A program made the translations under genes and the position numbers. From the NCBI RefSeq assembly GCF_018350175.1, contig NC_058373.1, forward strand, positions 104,286,001 to 104,350,000: 64,000 nt of DNA, written 5' to 3'. The DNA is from Felis catus (Eukaryota). Positions 1 to 13,700 of the stretch are shown piece after piece. Every line of letters starts with the position of its first letter. The first letter of the stretch is position 1. The notes beneath the pieces are model-generated. The model had not been told where the DNA came from. It ran no database searches and saw only the letters and a program-made list of their open reading frames with translations.

Positions 1-890
1 TCCAAACCAGGGGATGGAATACAAATTTGAACAAAACCCAATCTCTTTCCTCAAAGAATTTGCAGCTTAGTAAGGAAAAAAGACAATTAGACGTGTTTTC
101 ACAGCATAGGGTAGCGAGTCCTCTGCTAGTATAGACCACAGTGCTGTGAGAGTGTGTCCAGAGGATCTCAACCAGGCAGGCACGGGTGAAAACTGTCACC
201 CAGGATGTGTGGAACAGCCCTACCCAATTCCCACCTTTAACCATGAACAGGAGTTAGCCATGGGGAAAAAAAAAAAAAGGAAAACAGGTATTTAAAGGTA
301 TTTTAAGCAAAGTGAACAGCCTAGAGCAGGGAGAGAACACCGTTCAGGCAACCGCAGACTGTTCAGTGTGGCTGGAGGCAAGACTGTGTTCAGAGAAGAG
401 GCTGCAGAGGGAGCAGGAATGTCCCTAAAGTGCTGAAGGAGAAAGCTCATTCTGCCTGGGGTGAGGCTGGGCATGGGGACAGGATGCAACAGATTGAAGG
501 TTTTTAAGACTGGCGGCAAGCAGACCAGTTAAAAGCTTGTGATGAAGAACTGTACCAAGACCACAGCAATGGAAATAGAAGAGAATAAATGTGCAAGTAT
601 TTATAAAGTAGAATTGACAGGGTTTAGTGACTGATTGTGTTTGGGGTGAGAGAGAGGGAGATGTTGAGGATGTCTTCCATATTTCTGGCTTGGATGGCTG
701 GACACTGACAGCAATGTTGGATGATCAGTTTGGGCAGGAGGTGAGTGCATGGGGGGGGGGTGTGAAGAATTCTGTCTGGGTCATTGGTTGACGAGGCATT
801 CAGATGGAGAGGTCTATAAAAATTCTAGAGGATAAAGGAAAGATTCAAGTCAGAGATACAGATTTGGGAGTTGTCTGGAGCGTTGTCTAG
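1..890. mobile_element. Old LINE-2-like fragment
   Basis: Purine-rich degenerate sequence with L2-like phrases (tagaattgacagggtttagtgactgattg, ggcattcagatggag, gagatacagatttgggagt); recognised by eye only. Confidence 0.45.
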
Positions 891-1807
891 GATAGTGTAG
901 TGTATCCTCATAGTTCATTGCCCTGAGAGGAACTGCTTTCTACCTTCTAAGCACCACCCACTTGCCCAACTAAGTACTGAAAAATCTTGTGGAAGGATTC
1001 TGATTGACTTGTATGGTATACCCAACCCTATGGCCAAGAAGGCAGCCTCTACTAGGACCATTTACTTGAAAGGATTATTTCCCAAATGGTATAAGAGTGC
1101 TGTGGAAAGCAACAAATGTTGCAACAAATGTTCCCCAGTCAACTCATTTTTTTCCCATTTAGTATTCAATAAATATCTGTCAGGCAAATGATATTTTCAG
1201 CAGATATCCATAGCCTTTAAATTTTTATTCCGTAAGCATTTTAATAAATAGAATGAAACCTTTTAATCCTCTCTTGACAAAATACCCAACCAACAGGGTC
1301 CATTGAAGAATATGGCGAGGAAGAGGTGACCCAGTTACTCCTAGAGTTAAGTAAGTCACACCTACATAAAATGAACATCAACAGCTACCTAAGGAAATAA
1401 ACCAAGATATTATAAATATGTGACCTAAATCCCTGCAGTTAGGAACACCCACAATTCCAATCAAGGTGATCTGGAAATTGTGTTTAGAAAGGATAATCTT
1501 GTATAGTAAATTAATTATGTGGTACCACAACTGGAAATAGAGTGTATGAACTGTTGAGGAAAGAAAGCGACCTCTGTGAATACACACTTACATTTAACCT
1601 GATTATTTGATTATAAGAAGAGAATGTACTAGTTTTGCAGATAAAAATGCACCATCTTCCTAGCAGCTATATTTCTCTGAATTTCTCATTGCCAATGAGA
1701 AATTTTGTATTAATTTGCCCATGTGTGTCAAGAGTAGCTCTAGGTACTTTATAGAGGTACAAAAATGTATGCAAAATTCTTTCCTTGAAATCTTATTTGT
1801 AACGATG

Positions 1808-2080
1808 TGCTATGGACTAAACGTTTGTCTTTCCAAAATTCAAATGTTGAAGCCCCAATCCACCTCCAATGGTATTTGGAGGTGAGGCCTCTGGGAGGTG
1901 ATTAGGTCATGAGGATGCGCCCCTTGTGAGAATAGAGCAGGCTCTCACCAGACGCTCTATCTGCGGACATTTTGATCTTGGATGTCCCAACCTCCACAAC
2001 TGTGAGGAATAACAAATATTTGTTGTTTAAGCTATCCAGTCTTTGGTAATTTATTATAGCAGCCCAAGCTGACTAAGACA
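1808..2080 (+). mobile_element. MaLR LTR (MLT1A-like), internally deleted
   Basis: Begins TGCTATGGACTAAAC, ends GCAGCCCAAGCTGACTAAGACA, typical MLT1A termini. Confidence 0.75.
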
Positions 2081-3090
2081 GTGAAGAACTGGAATTATTT
2101 AGACATTCAACGTGCAGTAATAGAATGTGATCCCAATTGGTAAAAACATACAAACGAAGAGACTGAAGAGCTATACATCGAAACATTAATGGACAGGATC
2201 AGGTGTCTTTTTTAATAATCTGCTTTGTTCTCTTATGTATTTAAATTTTTTCTACGGTGAACATATATTTTATAATTGAGACATTTTCTTTCACTATTAA
2301 TTCCCAAGAAGAAACTTCAATATTATTGTGTAAGTCTACAGAATCTTCTTCAGATTGTATTATTTTGAAAATGTAGGAGTTCTTACATTGAATTTTTAGA
2401 GGAAATACAGTTAGACTATCTCTTCGGTTTACTGAAGACTTGATTTGTCATTCAGCTTACACACATTTGGTTCTTCATTCCCAACAAAACCAATAGCGCG
2501 GCATCAGCCCAATTTTGCTTCATTACCATAGCAACATAACTGTGACAAAAGCACACAGGCCCTTCTCTCCCTCTCACATATGTGCCTTCTTATTGTTTCT
2601 CATCTACTTTCATTCATTGCCATTTTCTTCCATCCTTTTTTTTTTTTTCATCCCTTTTCATATATTGGTTCCTTCTTCCCAAAAAAGTTCATGTATGGCA
2701 AAAAAAAAAAAAAAAAAAAAAAGAGTCCATGTGACTAATCAAAATGCCCTAAATTTTAAATGCCAACTTTGTTTTCTCTGTTTTATTCTCTTCAGGGATC
2801 CTCCTCATTAACCCTAAGTAAGGAACAGTTATATTTTTCCTGGGAAGCTTGTCTAATGCAAATAGTTTCAATATTCAGAATTTAATTCAAATTAACTCTT
2901 AAGTAGAAGGAGAGAATGCATATGCGGGAGCTGTTAGCAGTAACTGGGTTTGATTGGGCTTTGTTCCTCTCCCCACAAATACACAATAAATTCACTACTT
3001 GGGGAGCTGTGAAGAGATGAAACTATAACAAGAACCATCACAGACAGGTATTTTCTTTACTTTTTTTTTTAATGGACAGTATCCTGGCAT

Positions 3091-3488
3091 ATTTTTAAAA
3101 ATTTATTGTCAAATTGGCTTCCATACAACGCCCAGTATTCATCCCAACAAATGCCCTCATCAATGCCCATCACCCACTTCCCCCTCTCCCCCACCCCCCA
3201 TCAACCCTCAGTTTGTTCTGTGTATTTAAGAGTCTCTTATGGTTTGCTTCCCTCCCCCTCTGTTTGTAAATTTTTCCCCATTCCCTTACCCCACGATCCT
3301 CTGTTAAGTTTCTCAAGATCCACATATGAGTGAAAATATGGTACCTGTCTTTCTCTGACTGACTTATTTCACTCAGCATAATACCTGCCAGTTCCATCCA
3401 CGTTGCTGCAAATGGAAGGATTTCATTCTTTCTTACTGCCAAGTAGTATTCCATTGTATACATAAACCACGTCTTCTTTATCCATTCA
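3091..3488 (-). mobile_element. 5'-truncated carnivore L1 3' end
   Basis: Minus-strand ORF 3170-3505 (EWIKKTWFMYTMEYYLAVRKNEILPFAATWMEL) is the L1 ORF2 C-terminus, followed by G-rich 3' UTR and AATAAA; closely resembles the L1 end at 10370-10770. Confidence 0.92.
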
Positions 3489-3555
3489 ACAGATAGATAT
3501 TTCAATTGTACTTAAAATCAGAGATGTGAACATTGTTGTACTCTATACAGAAGGA

Positions 3556-3800
3556 TGGCACCTGAGTGGCTCAGCTGGTTGAGCATCCAACTTCCATTCA
3601 GATCGTGATCTCACAGTTCATGAGATGGAGCCCCACAATGGGCTCACTGCTGTCAGTGCAGAACCCGCTTTGGATTCCCTGTCCCCCTCTCTCTGCCCCT
3701 TCCCCCACCTGCATTTTGTCTCTCTCAAAAATGAACAAACGTTATAGAAGGAGAAGAAGAAGATGAAGAAAGAGGGGGAGGAGGAGGAGGAGAAAGAAGT
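3556..3800 (+). mobile_element. Can-SINE with GAA/GGA-rich tail
   Basis: tRNA-Lys-like head (GGCACCTGAGTGGCTCAG), CT-rich tract, purine tail. Confidence 0.85.
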
Positions 3801-4209
3801 GTGCAAGTGACCTTGCCTACCACATCCACCCTGGGCCCCTCCTTTTCCTATGCCTCTTCCTCCTTCTTATGAGTTCTAACTTTTGTCAGGTGGCTGCTTT
3901 CTTTCTGGAAGCCATGTCTTTTTGGGAGAGGATAACTCCAGCCCCAAACCTAGATGGTGAACCTTGATTGACACAAGCTAATTATGATGGTACCATTCCT
4001 TTACCAGGATTGGCCTAGGCATGGTCATGCAATGCTTGTCTGTCCAATAAGACATAAGGGAAGGTCTGCTGGTGGCTTCTGAGAAAAGTGACTGAGAGGT
4101 ACAAGAAAGTGGCAGTGTCTCCTTGTTGCCCACATGCATGCTTCACTTAGCCATAGTGGTAGAAAGTTTCGGTGGGCACACGGACATCCAGATTAAAGAA
4201 TACATTTCT

Positions 4210-4435
4210 GGGGCGCCTGGGTGGCGCAGTCGGTTAAGCGTCCGACTTCAGCCAGGTCACGATCTCGCGGTCTGTGAGTTCGAGCCTCGCGTCGGGCTCT
4301 GGGCTGAAGGCTGGGAGCCTGGAGCCTGTTTCTGATTCTGTTCTCCCTCTCTCTCTGCCCCTCCCCCATTCATGCTCTGTCTCTCTCTGTCCCAAAAATA
4401 AATAAAAACCGTTGAAAAAAAAAATAAATAAATAA
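4210..4435 (+). mobile_element. Young feline-type Can-SINE with perfect TSD
   Basis: CpG-intact head GGGGCGCCTGGGTGGCGCAGTCGGTTAAGCGTCCGAC; TSD AAAGAATACATTTCT at 4195-4209 and 4436-4450. Confidence 0.95.
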
Positions 4436-4766
4436 AAAGAATACATTTCTGACTCTCTTTTGCAGCCCATTGTAGCCTGATAAGTTCTTACCAATATGAT
4501 AAAAGTAGAAGTGTGGTGTGGCAACTCCTGACAATCTTCCTTATTAGACACTGACATGTGCACTTAACCTTCTTCCTTTATTCAGCTGTATGGAATGCAG
4601 ATATGATAGCTGGAGGTAAAACAATCACTTGGGACTGTGGACAACCTTGGGAATGGAGACCATGTATAGAACAACAACAGCAAAATGAAGCCACACCTAA
4701 CCCACTGTTATTTTGGGTGTTCTGTCATTTATAATAAAATCAAACACTAATTCAAAGAAAGAGAGA

Positions 4767-4950
4767 GGGGGCCTGGGTGGCTGAGTGGGTTGAGCATCCA
4801 ACTCTTGATTTCAGCTCGGTCATGATCCCAGCGTCATGGGGTTGAGCCCCACATTAGGCTCCATGCTGAGTGTGGAGCCTGTTTAAGATTCTCTCTCTCC
4901 CCACCTCTGCCCCTCTCCTCCACTTACACTCTTTCTCTCTAAATTAAAAA
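4767..4950 (+). mobile_element. Can-SINE
   Basis: Head GGGGCCTGGGTGGCTGAG, CT tract, A tail. Confidence 0.85.
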
Positions 4951-5464
4951 GAAGATGCCTTTTAATTTAAAAAAGAAAGATGGCCTGTTTTCAGCCTCTA
5001 AACGTTGTTGTTTCTAGATGAGATGTCTGGAACTACTGCAGCCATTGTGCAACCATGAAGGAACTAAGCCTGAAGCCTAGGCCAAACATAAGAATGGCAG
5101 GTGGTAAGACAGAGCTACAGGGTTAACCAACCTTCCAACGATTCCTGTGGACTTTTTATTATGTAAGAAAATATTTTCATTATCATTTAAGTCACTGAGT
5201 TGGTGATCTGTTTCTTGAAGCTGAAAGAAATCTAGCTGGTACAGAATTTAACGGTTTCTAATGATTGTAAACTACATGCTCCTTCAGCAAAGACTTAGCT
5301 AACCAAATATTTGGAAGAAACAGAATTAAATATGAAGAGTTGAAAAAGGTGTGTTATAAAATATTTAGAAAATATAAAATGAGGAAAAAAAACCATAATC
5401 TTACCAGTCCCAAATGACCAAGATGAGAATTTTGACCTTCTGGTCTTTAAAAAAAAAAAACAAA

Positions 5465-5660
5465 TGGCACCTGGGTGGCTCAGTCAGTTAAGCATCCAAC
5501 TCTTGGTTTTGGCTCAGGTCATGATCTCATGGTTCTGGGTTTGAGCCTCGCATCAGGCTCTGTGCTGACAGTGCTGAGCCTGCTTGGAATTCACTCTCTC
5601 CCCCTCTCTCTGCCCCTCCCATGCTCTCTCTCTCTCAAAATGAATCAACATTTTTAAAAA
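5465..5660 (+). mobile_element. Can-SINE
   Basis: Head GGCACCTGGGTGGCTCAGTCAGTTAAGC, CT tract, A tail. Confidence 0.88.
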
Positions 5661-5719
5661 AGATTTATATACGATCACATACATTTTTACACAATGTAAT
5701 CAAACTCTATGTTTAACTT

Positions 5720-6285
5720 TACCTCTCCCATCGAATATAAATAAAAACTCTGGACAAAAGACAAAAAGCAACTATCTGGAGACTCTGAAAAATAAAACAG
5801 GGCAGATTAAGGTGGGAATTCAAAATTTGGAAGGAAAAAAATACCCGCTGTGGTGGGGGCAGTTTTTCTGCTGAGAGTTTTGTGGGGTTTGGGGCCATTT
5901 TTTGGTTTTTGGCTTTCCTGCTTCTTAATCTCTTAGCTTTTACTGGAGGGCGGGCCAGATCAGTGAAATGCTCGGTAGTTGCAGACAACAAACACTTTCT
6001 GACCAGAGGACTTAAGGAGAACCCCTGCAAGCTGAAGGGTAAGGGAGGAGTCTTGTTTTTCTATTTTCTATTTCCTCCCCCAGCCCTAACCTGAGGCACT
6101 GTCCCTGCATGAAAAGGGTGTCTTGTTATGTGAAGAGTATAGAGAAAGCCCCATTATTTTTCTCTCATTTTTTTCTCACTTTTTCACCCTGAAGATGGGT
6201 CAGTTGTGTGGACCTGGGATCTCCTTTAACACAGGAAGCTAAACCTCTTTTGTTGAATCTTTTTTTTTAATGCTTATTTATTTAT

Positions 6286-6330
<45 letters not shown>

Positions 6331-7480
6331 CAGCAAAAGGGCAGAGACCGGGAGAGAAAGAATCCCAAGCAGGCTTCATGCTGTCAGCACAGACCCCCAC
6401 GTGGGGCTTGATCTCACAAACTGTGAGATCGTTGACCTGAGCCGAAATCAAGAGTCAGACGTTTAACCAATTGAGCCACCCAGGTGCCCCAGGAGGCTAA
6501 AACTCTGAAAGAAAACCATTCCTATGCCCAGAGGAGCCTGGAAAAAAGATCCACGGGAACTGAAGAGTATGAAGAAAATCTCCGAGAAGAGAGCTCTGAA
6601 GAATGAACCTAACTCTGTAAGCGAACTGACACAAGTCCCAGGCTCTCCTACAAGCATCGTGAAGGCTTTGAGAACTGAACTGATATTGGAACCCCACCAC
6701 CCACAGATGGGCTAGAACTTGTGATTCAAACTATGCAGGCTGATCCCCTGCCAGAAAAATAAGTTCAACATTTTCTAGACATTTTAACAGGACCCAGAGA
6801 ATCACAATGTAATATTTGAAATGTCCAGGATACAATCCCAAAGTATTTAACATATAAAGAACCTTGAACTCTGACCAATTCGCATGAGAAAGACAATCAG
6901 TTAATGCACCTCCAAAATCATCCAGATGTTGGAATTAAAATACAAAAACTGTAAAGAAATTTTATAATCAATGTCTAGGAGATAAAGGTAACTATTAATG
7001 AAATCATGAATGGAAAGATAAATTATTTCAGCAGAGAAATAGAAAGTATAAAAAAGAACCAAGTGGGAATTTTGGCACTGAAAAATATAATATCTGAAAT
7101 TAAAAAAAAAAAAAAAACTCACTGGATAAGTTCTGTAGCAGAATAGAAATGGCAGAGCAAGGAATCAATATGCCTGAAGATAGATCAATATAAATGATCC
7201 ATTTGGAAGAGAGAACAAAACAAAACAAAACAAGAGCTTCAGGGACCTGAGGGACAATATGGGAGGTGTAACACTCATGGTATTGGAGTCGCTGGAGGAA
7301 AGGAGAAAGTGATTGGTGGAGAAAAAATATTTGAAAACATAAAGGCTGAAGAGTTCCCAAATTTGGTGAAGGATACAGAGTTACAGATTTCAAGAAGCTT
7401 GGTGAATGCAAAACAGGATAAATTCAAAGAAAACCATGTCCAGACATCATCCAAACCGCAGAAAACCAAAAGGTAAAGAT
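5720..7480 (+). mobile_element. Old L1 5' region / ORF1 remnant, interrupted by a SINE
   Basis: A-rich degenerate ORF1-like sequence (agagcttcagggacctgagggacaat, gaagagttcccaaatttggtgaagga); no intact frame. Confidence 0.65.
6261..6490 (-). mobile_element. Can-SINE with expanded (GA)n
   Basis: Reverse head GAGCCACCCAGGTGCCCC, poly-T, (GA)n at ~6290-6328. Confidence 0.9.
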
Positions 7481-8247
7481 GGCGGAAGAGGCTATGAAGG
7501 GGAAGGAGTTTCAATACCTGAGAGTTGATGGATAAATAGAAAGATGAAAATGAGGCATTCACTAATTTTGAATGAAATCTGTGGTCTTACAAAGTAGCCC
7601 CAATCTCCATATTGTGTGAAATTCAGTGTGAACTGCAAAACTCTCTGATGCCTTGGGGTATGTGCCTGCTTCTAGGAAATTGTACCAGAGTCCTACTTCA
7701 GCTTCGATGAGGGCGAGACAGAGGCTGTCCTGTGTCTTGTCATTTCTGATCACACACTCTTTCACTTGACCTTGCTGCTTGCTACCTGCTGTTCACTTTC
7801 TCTCCTTCTGTCCTTTTTCTAGATGGGAGTGAGCAACATTTTCTGCAGGACGGCCATCTCAGAAAAAAATTAAAATCTGAAAGCATATTAAAATATTATG
7901 TTTTAGACAAAAAAATATAATATCTAAAACCAAGCTTAGGTATTGAAACTTTTTTCCATTTCACTAAAGGGTTTCTCTTTCTTTGCTTTTTCTTTCTATC
8001 TTTTCATTTTGCTTGAAGTTCAGAAACTACATAATTAGTGCACATTGGAATATCGATTATACATTTCTGTAAACAAATTTTGTTGTTACATTGTTTTGGC
8101 ATCTTTTTATTTTTTTGCCTCTTCTTGATTTACCTTTTAGTACACCTTCAAGACAGTAGGGTACTACCTTTTAGTCTACTTACTTGCAAATGTTGATACC
8201 TCAGTAGGCTCCTTAAAATTGTGCTTCTTAAAACAAGAGATTTTCTG

Positions 8248-8460
8248 GAGTACCTAAGTGGCTCAGTTGGCTAAGCAGCCAACTTGAGCTCAGGTCACGA
8301 TCTCACAGATCGTGGGTTCAAACCCCGCATCAGGCTCTGTGCTGACAGCTCAGAGCCTGGAGCCTGCTTCCAATTCTGTGTATGTGTGTGTGTGTCTCTC
8401 TCTCTGCCCCTCTCCAGCTCACGCTCAGTATCTCTCCCTCAAAAATAAACATTAAAAAAA
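8248..8460 (+). mobile_element. Can-SINE
   Basis: Head, CTGACAGCTCAGAGCCTGGAGCCTG core, A tail. Confidence 0.88.
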
Positions 8461-9088
8461 TTATTTTTTAAAAAGAGTTTTTCTTCTCCATTTTAAACAA
8501 GATAAACAACTATGTCCTAATCCTCAGAAGAACTCCTTGATTCACTTATTCCAAACCATACATTTCATAGCAAAGATTTCCATTTTCATTATACTCCATA
8601 TCCAGCCAATTTGGCCCCATGACCAGCAAGAAAATTCAATCCATTGTTTTCTTCTGTCTCCTAGGGAGGACAGAAACACTTGGTTTTCCAAAATAGGAGG
8701 TGGGAGCAATGACCAGATGGCTGGCTGACTTTGGCCATCCCTGGGCTGTTTTCTCCCATCTCATGAACTAAAGGATTCCTGAGACTAGATGCCAGGCCAC
8801 AGCTAATCAAGATGGCCTCACCCTCACTGCCAATGGGCAAAGAACGTGAGGACAAATCAAAACAGAGACAACACTGGATAAGGAGAAAGAGGATTGGTGT
8901 CATCTTGGCAGCAAAATGTTCATTAATCCTGAAGAGTAGGCCACTGAGATGGTTGGGATGTTTTTCTCCTTCCTAGTGAATGGATTTTCTGATAATCACA
9001 GCTCAAGAGTTGCTCCTTTTCAAGCAACAGCCTTTGGGTAGTGCCCTTTAATCAACTCTAAGTAATGCTTATTTTAAGATAACACTAA

Positions 9089-9296
9089 AGGGGAGCCTGG
9101 GTGGCTCAGTCAGTTAAGCTCAGGTCATGGTCTCATGGTTCCTGAGTTTGAGCCTTGTATCAGGCTCTGTGCTGACAGCTCAGAGCCTGGAGCCTGCTTT
9201 GGATTCTGTGTCTCCCTCTCTCTCTGCCCTCTCCCACTCACACTCTGTCTCTCACTGTCTCTGAAAAATGAATAAATGTTAAAAAAAATTTTTTTT
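9089..9296 (+). mobile_element. Can-SINE (L1 inserted at its 3' end)
   Basis: Head GGGGAGCCTGGGTGGCTCAG, core, CT tract, A/T tail. Confidence 0.88.
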
Positions 9297-9305
9297 AAAA
9301 GGTAA

Positions 9306-10770
9306 GTAATATTGAAGAAGACTAAAGCGGGAGGCATCACAATCCCAGACTTTAGCCTCTACTACAAAGCTGTAATCATCAAGACAGTATGGCATTGGCA
9401 CAAAAACAGACACATAGACCAATGAAATAGAATAGGGACTCCAGAACTGGACCCACAAAAGTATGACCAACTAATCTTTGACAAAGCAGGAAAGAATATC
9501 CAATGGAAAAAAGACAGTCTCTTTAAGAGACTGGGAGAACTGGACAACAACATGCAGAAGAATGAAACTAAACCACTTTCTTATACCATTCACAAAAATA
9601 AACTCAAAATGGATAAAGGACCTGAATGTGAGACAGGAAACCATCAAAACCCTAGAGGAGAAAGCAGGGGAAAACCTCTCTGACCTCAGCCACAGCAATT
9701 TCTTACTTGACACATCTCCAAAGGCAAGGGAATTAAAAGCAAAAATGAACTATTGGGACCTCATCAAGATAAAAAGCTTCTGCACTGCAAAGGAGATACT
9801 CAACAAAACTAAAAGGCAACCAATGGAATGGGAAAAGATATTTGCAAATGACATATCAGACAAAGGGCTAGTATCCAAAATCTATAAAGAACTCACCAAA
9901 CTCCCCACCCGAGAAATAAATAATCCAGTGAAGAAATGGGCAGAAAATGTGAATAGACACTTTTCTAAAGAAGACATCCAGATGGCCAACAGGCACATGA
10001 AAAGATGCTCAATGTCACTCCTCATCAGGGAAATACAAATCAAAACCACACTGAGATACCACCTCATGCCAGTCAGAGTGGCTAAAACGAACAAATCAGG
10101 AGACTATAGATGCTGGACAGGATATGGAGAAACGGGAACCCTCTTGCACTGTTGGTGGGAATGCAAACTGGTGCAGCCGCTCTGGAAAACAGTGTGGAGG
10201 TTCCTCAAAAAATTGAAAATAGATCTACCCTATGACCCAGCAATTCCAGCACTGCTAGGAATTTACCCAAGCGATACAGGAGTGCTGATGCATAGGGGCA
10301 CCTATACCCCCATGTTTATAGCAGACTTTCAACAATAGTCAAATTATGGAAAGAGCCTAAATGTCCATCAACTGATGAATGGATAAAGAAATTGTGGTTT
10401 ATACACACAATGGAATACTACTTGGCAATGAGAAAGAATGAAATATGGCCTTTTGTAGCAATGTGGATGGAAGTGGAGAGTGTGATGCTAAGTGAAATAA
10501 GTCATACAGGGAAAGACAGATACCATGTTTTCACTCTTACGTGGATCCTGAGAAACTTAACAGAAGACCATGGGGGAGGGGAAGGAAAAAAAAGTTAGAG
10601 AGGGAGAGAGCCAAAGCATAAGAGACTCTTAAAAACTGAGAATAAACTGAGGGTTGATGGGGGTGGGAGGGAGGAGAGGGTAGGTGATGGGCATTGAGGA
10701 GGGTACCTGTTGGGATGAGCACTGGGTGTTGTATGGAAACCAATTTGACAATAAATTTCATGTTAAAAAA
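9306..10770 (+). mobile_element. 5'-truncated carnivore L1 (ORF2 C-terminal part, 3' UTR, poly-A), disabled
   Basis: ORF2 motifs [38 protein letters not shown]; in-frame TGA at ~9423 and frameshifts; AATAAA then poly-A; TSD AAAAGGTAA at 9297-9305 and 10771-10779. Confidence 0.96.
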
Positions 10771-13700
10771 AAAAGGTAACAGTGAGAACAAATTTTTAAA
10801 TATTTTCTATGTTTTAGTATACATACGATTCATTTTTCTAATTATGCTATTTATGTTGTTTCAAAAATTAGTCCTTTTACCGTTAATAAGGGAATTGAGA
10901 CAGTTCTGACATTTAAAAAATTCATGCTGCTTTTTTACATTTTATTACTTGTAAGGCATTTATCTGTCAAAAGTGCAAAACATCTTTGTAGATACCAAGT
11001 GCAATTTTTTAAAAATGGAGTCATTTCAGAAGCTAACTGTCCAAATAATTGTTAAACTGGATATGCATAATACAGCGATGTGTATACAGATATTTGAACT
11101 ATTTATAAACTTCAAACGTAGCCAACTGAAGATTACCCACGTTTAAAAAAATTATCTTTGGCCTGACACAGCTTGCAAGGTGATAGCTTTTTGTGTAGTC
11201 TAAACGTTCCTCCTAGTTTTATAGAACAGAGACTAGAAAAGGTTCACGAATGAATAAAAATAAAGGAGAATTTCAGGTATGAACAAAAACTGAAAAAGAA
11301 CGGAAGCTGTTACAAACCTCTACCAATGCATTCATGCTGGCGGCACTGCAACGAAAGTGCTAGAAATGTTTGTTGTGATCAGGATATTGCAAATCAATGA
11401 AAAGCCAGGGAGGTACATAGAGAGAGCCGAGCTGCCCTACACCAAGAAGGCAGAGCCTGCGGTCCTGTGGGGAGAGGCAGTGCTCAGGGCACAAGGGCAG
11501 GAAGCCCAGGGGAGTCTGCTCTCGGGAAGGCCCGACTGTCACCTAGAGAAACATCCATCTCCCTTATTACCCCACGGTGCTTTTCTGCCACACATCAAAC
11601 ACCAGATGGACAGCCAGCTGTCAGCACACACTGTCTGCCTGCCTCCTAAATGGAAGGATAGTGTGCGGAAGGTGCCGTTTTAGAGTCTTGTACTTTCATG
11701 TGAGAAGAGCTTGTAAGGCAGCAGGAGCTCAGGGTGGTTATGTGTTGCAAAAATGTTCAGAAACATCAAACATTGCGCTCTCTGCAGAAAGGTAGACTCC
11801 AGCTTCGGCTGCTGATGCTTTTGGCTCAAGCTGAGTCAAGTAGTACACAAAGCATAGACAAAAGCCCGCAAACGACTGGCAGTCGCCACAGGAGACGACA
11901 AACCAAGGCCGGCCGACTCCGGACATTGTTCCTTCTCTGCAGAAGACAGGCTGCACCTGCGTCTGGGTGAAGCGTGGCCGCCTCTCCTCCCACCTCTGGA
12001 AAACTCTCCTCGGTGAGCAGGCACGACTCTGGCCACTGAAGCCCCTGGTTTCTGTACGCGTTTGAATGTGTATGCAGATGGAGATTTTATTCCTCAGGCT
12101 TCACCAGTTTTAAGCTTGAGCTTTTTTTAAATGAACTATAAAATGAGGCACGACACACTGTTAAAAATAATTTCTCCTTCAATAACTGAAGCCCAGTGCA
12201 GTTTCCTTTTTCCAGAGGCATATGGAATTAGCCATGTGCCTCAGATATTAGTTCTTCTATCTCCCACATTACTTGTTGACCACCCAGACTAATCACTCTT
12301 TCAATTATCCACTGACTGTTTACTGCGAAACTAATCTTCACAAACCACTGTTCTGAGCGTCTTCTGCCCCTTGTCATGGTATATCAACTTTTTGAAAATA
12401 TCATTGTTTTCTTCAATAAGAAGTAAAACAAAAAAGCATTTTCTTTCATTTAATATCACAGATGTCAAAAATAATAAGATACTTATTGGATCTTTAAAAC
12501 AGTGTGCTCATAGGGTTTATTTCTTAAGTAAACACTTCTTAAATGTGTGTAAAACATCCCACTCTGTAAGAATGAGGCACCCATTACTCTATTTTATAGA
12601 AAAGGAAATAAAGGCCAGTTGCATGATTCCTACAGACCCCTACCATTGTAGTAGGGACATGAGAAATTCCTGCAATACTATCCAAAAGGTGATTTAACTG
12701 CTATTATTTTGTACTCTTTCAGTGCAGGAATAGCATCAAGAAATGTGCACATTTCGATTCTTTATATGGAATGCAAAATTGTGGAAAGGAAAAACACTTC
12801 TCTCACCACCTCCCCTTTGGGTTTTCTCCTGTGCTAACAGTAGGACAGGACTGCTGATCGCTGTTTACAGCTCCAGTGTGATCCTGGGCATCTCGAAGAC
12901 AGGGCCTCCCTGAGTGGGAGATGTCTAGGGGTGAATGGAACCCTCAGCGTTCTGGAACAGTGGACACAAGGAGGACTGGTCTGTCATGTTGGGCTTTCTT
13001 TCTGATTTGTAGCTGTGTAGTTGGAAGGCCCTCCTTACAATCAAGGGTCGGTCTTCTTCTACACAAGTACATGGCTATTTTTATGTTCACAAAGCACTCT
13101 CTTCAAAACTCGACCTTCATGGATGTAAATTAAAAAAATTAAAAAAATAAAGGAGAAGTCCCGAGAACAAGTGAGATAGCTGTCCACTTGTAACTGAGAT
13201 ATTTTCATAACTCGTTCCTAAGAGCTTCAGAGGAAATACTTTGATATTCTTGGTGCTGACTGAGGAGGGCTCCTTTTGTTCAAGATAGTGATGGTTCCCT
13301 GCCCTTTTGGAACGTCTAGCCTGATGATTAAAAAAATATTGGCCCAAACAAACAAAAATTCGACCTTCAAATATCCTTGAAGGTGGAAAGGCAAACAAAT
13401 GTGCTATTGTTCACTTACATGACATGAGGCACCTCCCAACATTTGTTCTAATCTGCTAATACCTCGTGGCAGGTGGACAGAGTCAAAAGAATTCCCACCA
13501 GAGCCATTTTCTTATTTGAACAAGATGGAAATGGTGCTGGAATAAGTTCAAATATCGTCTGTGACTGTAGCATATAAAGACATGCAAGAAGTTTACAATA
13601 CTGTGATGACTACCCTTGCAACTATTACTCTCTTAAAATTCACCCCTCTAGCCCATTCCCACAGCTTGTTAAGAAAATACATTGTGAAAAGGTCAACAGC

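Noticed and set aside
9478..10338. 286-aa ORF as a host gene
   Set aside because: L1 ORF2 C-terminal fragment within a truncated, disabled element
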